A stretch of 64,000 nucleotides of DNA, taken from the IMG/VR virus record IMGVR_UViG_3300027971_004105. One strand, 5' to 3'. Made by a program: the position numbers and the translations under genes. Within the stretch, counting starts at the first letter, position 1. The number at the start of each line of letters is the position of its first letter. This DNA comes from a virus. Its lineage: Duplodnaviria > Caudoviricetes. Under the pieces are notes generated by a model. It searched no databases. It was not told the DNA's origin and was given only the letters and a program-made list of their open reading frames with translations. Shown piece by piece: positions 63,315 to 64,000 of this stretch.

Positions 63315-63791
63315 ATGTCCAGTGAAAATATTATTAATTCTGATTTTCCTGAATTAGATGTTTCAATTCCTAATATTAATCCTAGAGAATTGAGTGTTAC
63401 TAACAAAGAAAAAATCAATACCTCAAACAATGTTCCCAGCACTGTTTCAAACACTGATAGTGCTCAGCCAGTTAAAACATTTTTTGACAAATATTTTGTT
63501 GAGCCTATCAGTATTCCAGCTGGTGAAATAGATGCTGTGATAGGATTTTTTGAAAAAAGAAATTTTGAAAAAACTGCAGCAGTCAGTGTGTCCACAATTT
63601 TATTACAGCAGGCCAAGTTAGATAATGTGAATATTTTTCAATTGTTGGATACTTTAAAAGGATTGAGCGAATTACAATTGAGTAGTGTTGTTGCAGAAAT
63701 TTTAAATGTGAACAGATCAAAAATTTCCACACTAGGATTCAAAGTGACCAACAATCAAAACCAATTCGAAAAACGCAACATAGTGGTATAA
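63315..63791 (+). CDS. Hypothetical protein, 158 aa
   Basis: Intact ORF between tube-like gene and gp4. Confidence 0.7.
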   Translation: MSSENIINSDFPELDVSIPNINPRELSVTNKEKINTSNNVPSTVSNTDSAQPVKTFFDKYFVEPISIPAGEIDAVIGFFEKRNFEKTAAVSVSTILLQQAKLDNVNIFQLLDTLKGLSELQLSSVVAEILNVNRSKISTLGFKVTNNQNQFEKRNIVV

Positions 63792-63795
63792 TCAG

Positions 63796-64000
63796 ATGCC
63801 TCGACGTTTTGCTCAAGGTAAATTCACTTTAAAAAATCCTGAAAAATATCTAGGAACCAAAGACCCATTGTACAGATCCAGTTGGGAATTTGCTTTTATG
63901 AAATTTTGTGATGAAAGTCCTTCCATTGCCAAATGGGCCAGTGAAGCAGTGAGAATACCTTACAGAAATCCTCTCACCGGAAGATACACCATATATGTGC
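63796..64000 (+). CDS. gp4: Head completion protein, T4 gp4-like (3'-truncated by window; not in supplied ORF track)
   Basis: Translates MPRRFAQGKFTLKNPEKYLGTKDPLYRSSWEFAFMKFCDESPSIAKWASEAVRIPYRNPLTGRYTIYV. Confidence 0.9.
   Translation, partial: MPRRFAQGKFTLKNPEKYLGTKDPLYRSSWEFAFMKFCDESPSIAKWASEAVRIPYRNPLTGRYTIYV

Noticed and set aside
482-63454. Many 60-180 aa ORFs antisense to or nested in long genes
   Set aside because: Shadow ORFs of biased codon usage; no SD, promoter or recognisable motifs, and fully overlapped by well-supported genes
1-64000. Stop-codon reassignment
   Set aside because: Genes up to 2146 aa are open in the standard code with dense packing, and TAA, TAG and TGA all terminate genes

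Overview
The whole window is part of the virion morphogenesis region of a large, T4-superfamily-like tailed phage with a contractile tail. It uses the standard genetic code, and I saw no rRNA, tRNA, CRISPR array or IS element. Gene order: tape-measure-like gene, portal (gp20), DUF115-like gene, acidic core protein, gp21 protease, gp22 scaffold, gp23 capsid, terminator, a sigma70-promoter island (lipoprotein + hemB), about 40 kb of modular fibre/baseplate genes including four large paralogues, three tandem Gly/Cys-rich paralogues (about 30 Cys each) plus a chaperone-like gene, a GT9-like/carbamoyltransferase/GT9-like trio, a 2146-aa virion protein, a minus-strand run gp14-gp15-Nudix-hldE-hldD-cupin, then gp13, dNMP kinase, an HNH-like gene, gp18 sheath, gp19 tube, a tube-like paralogue and the start of gp4. 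The best candidate for an under-described system is a phage-encoded ADP-heptose supply operon plus two heptosyltransferase-like enzymes and an O-carbamoyltransferase, next to Cys-rich adhesin-like proteins. The target could be the virion, host LPS or DNA; the sequence cannot decide which. Other notable signals are an N-terminally truncated hemB, a TAAATA late-promoter regulon with an apparently leaderless subclass, two structured 5' leaders, an RBS-occluding hairpin around the sheath promoter, and an amicyanin-type copper motif on a baseplate fibre. All annotations come from motif recognition by eye; no database search or folding program was run, so novelty is unverified.
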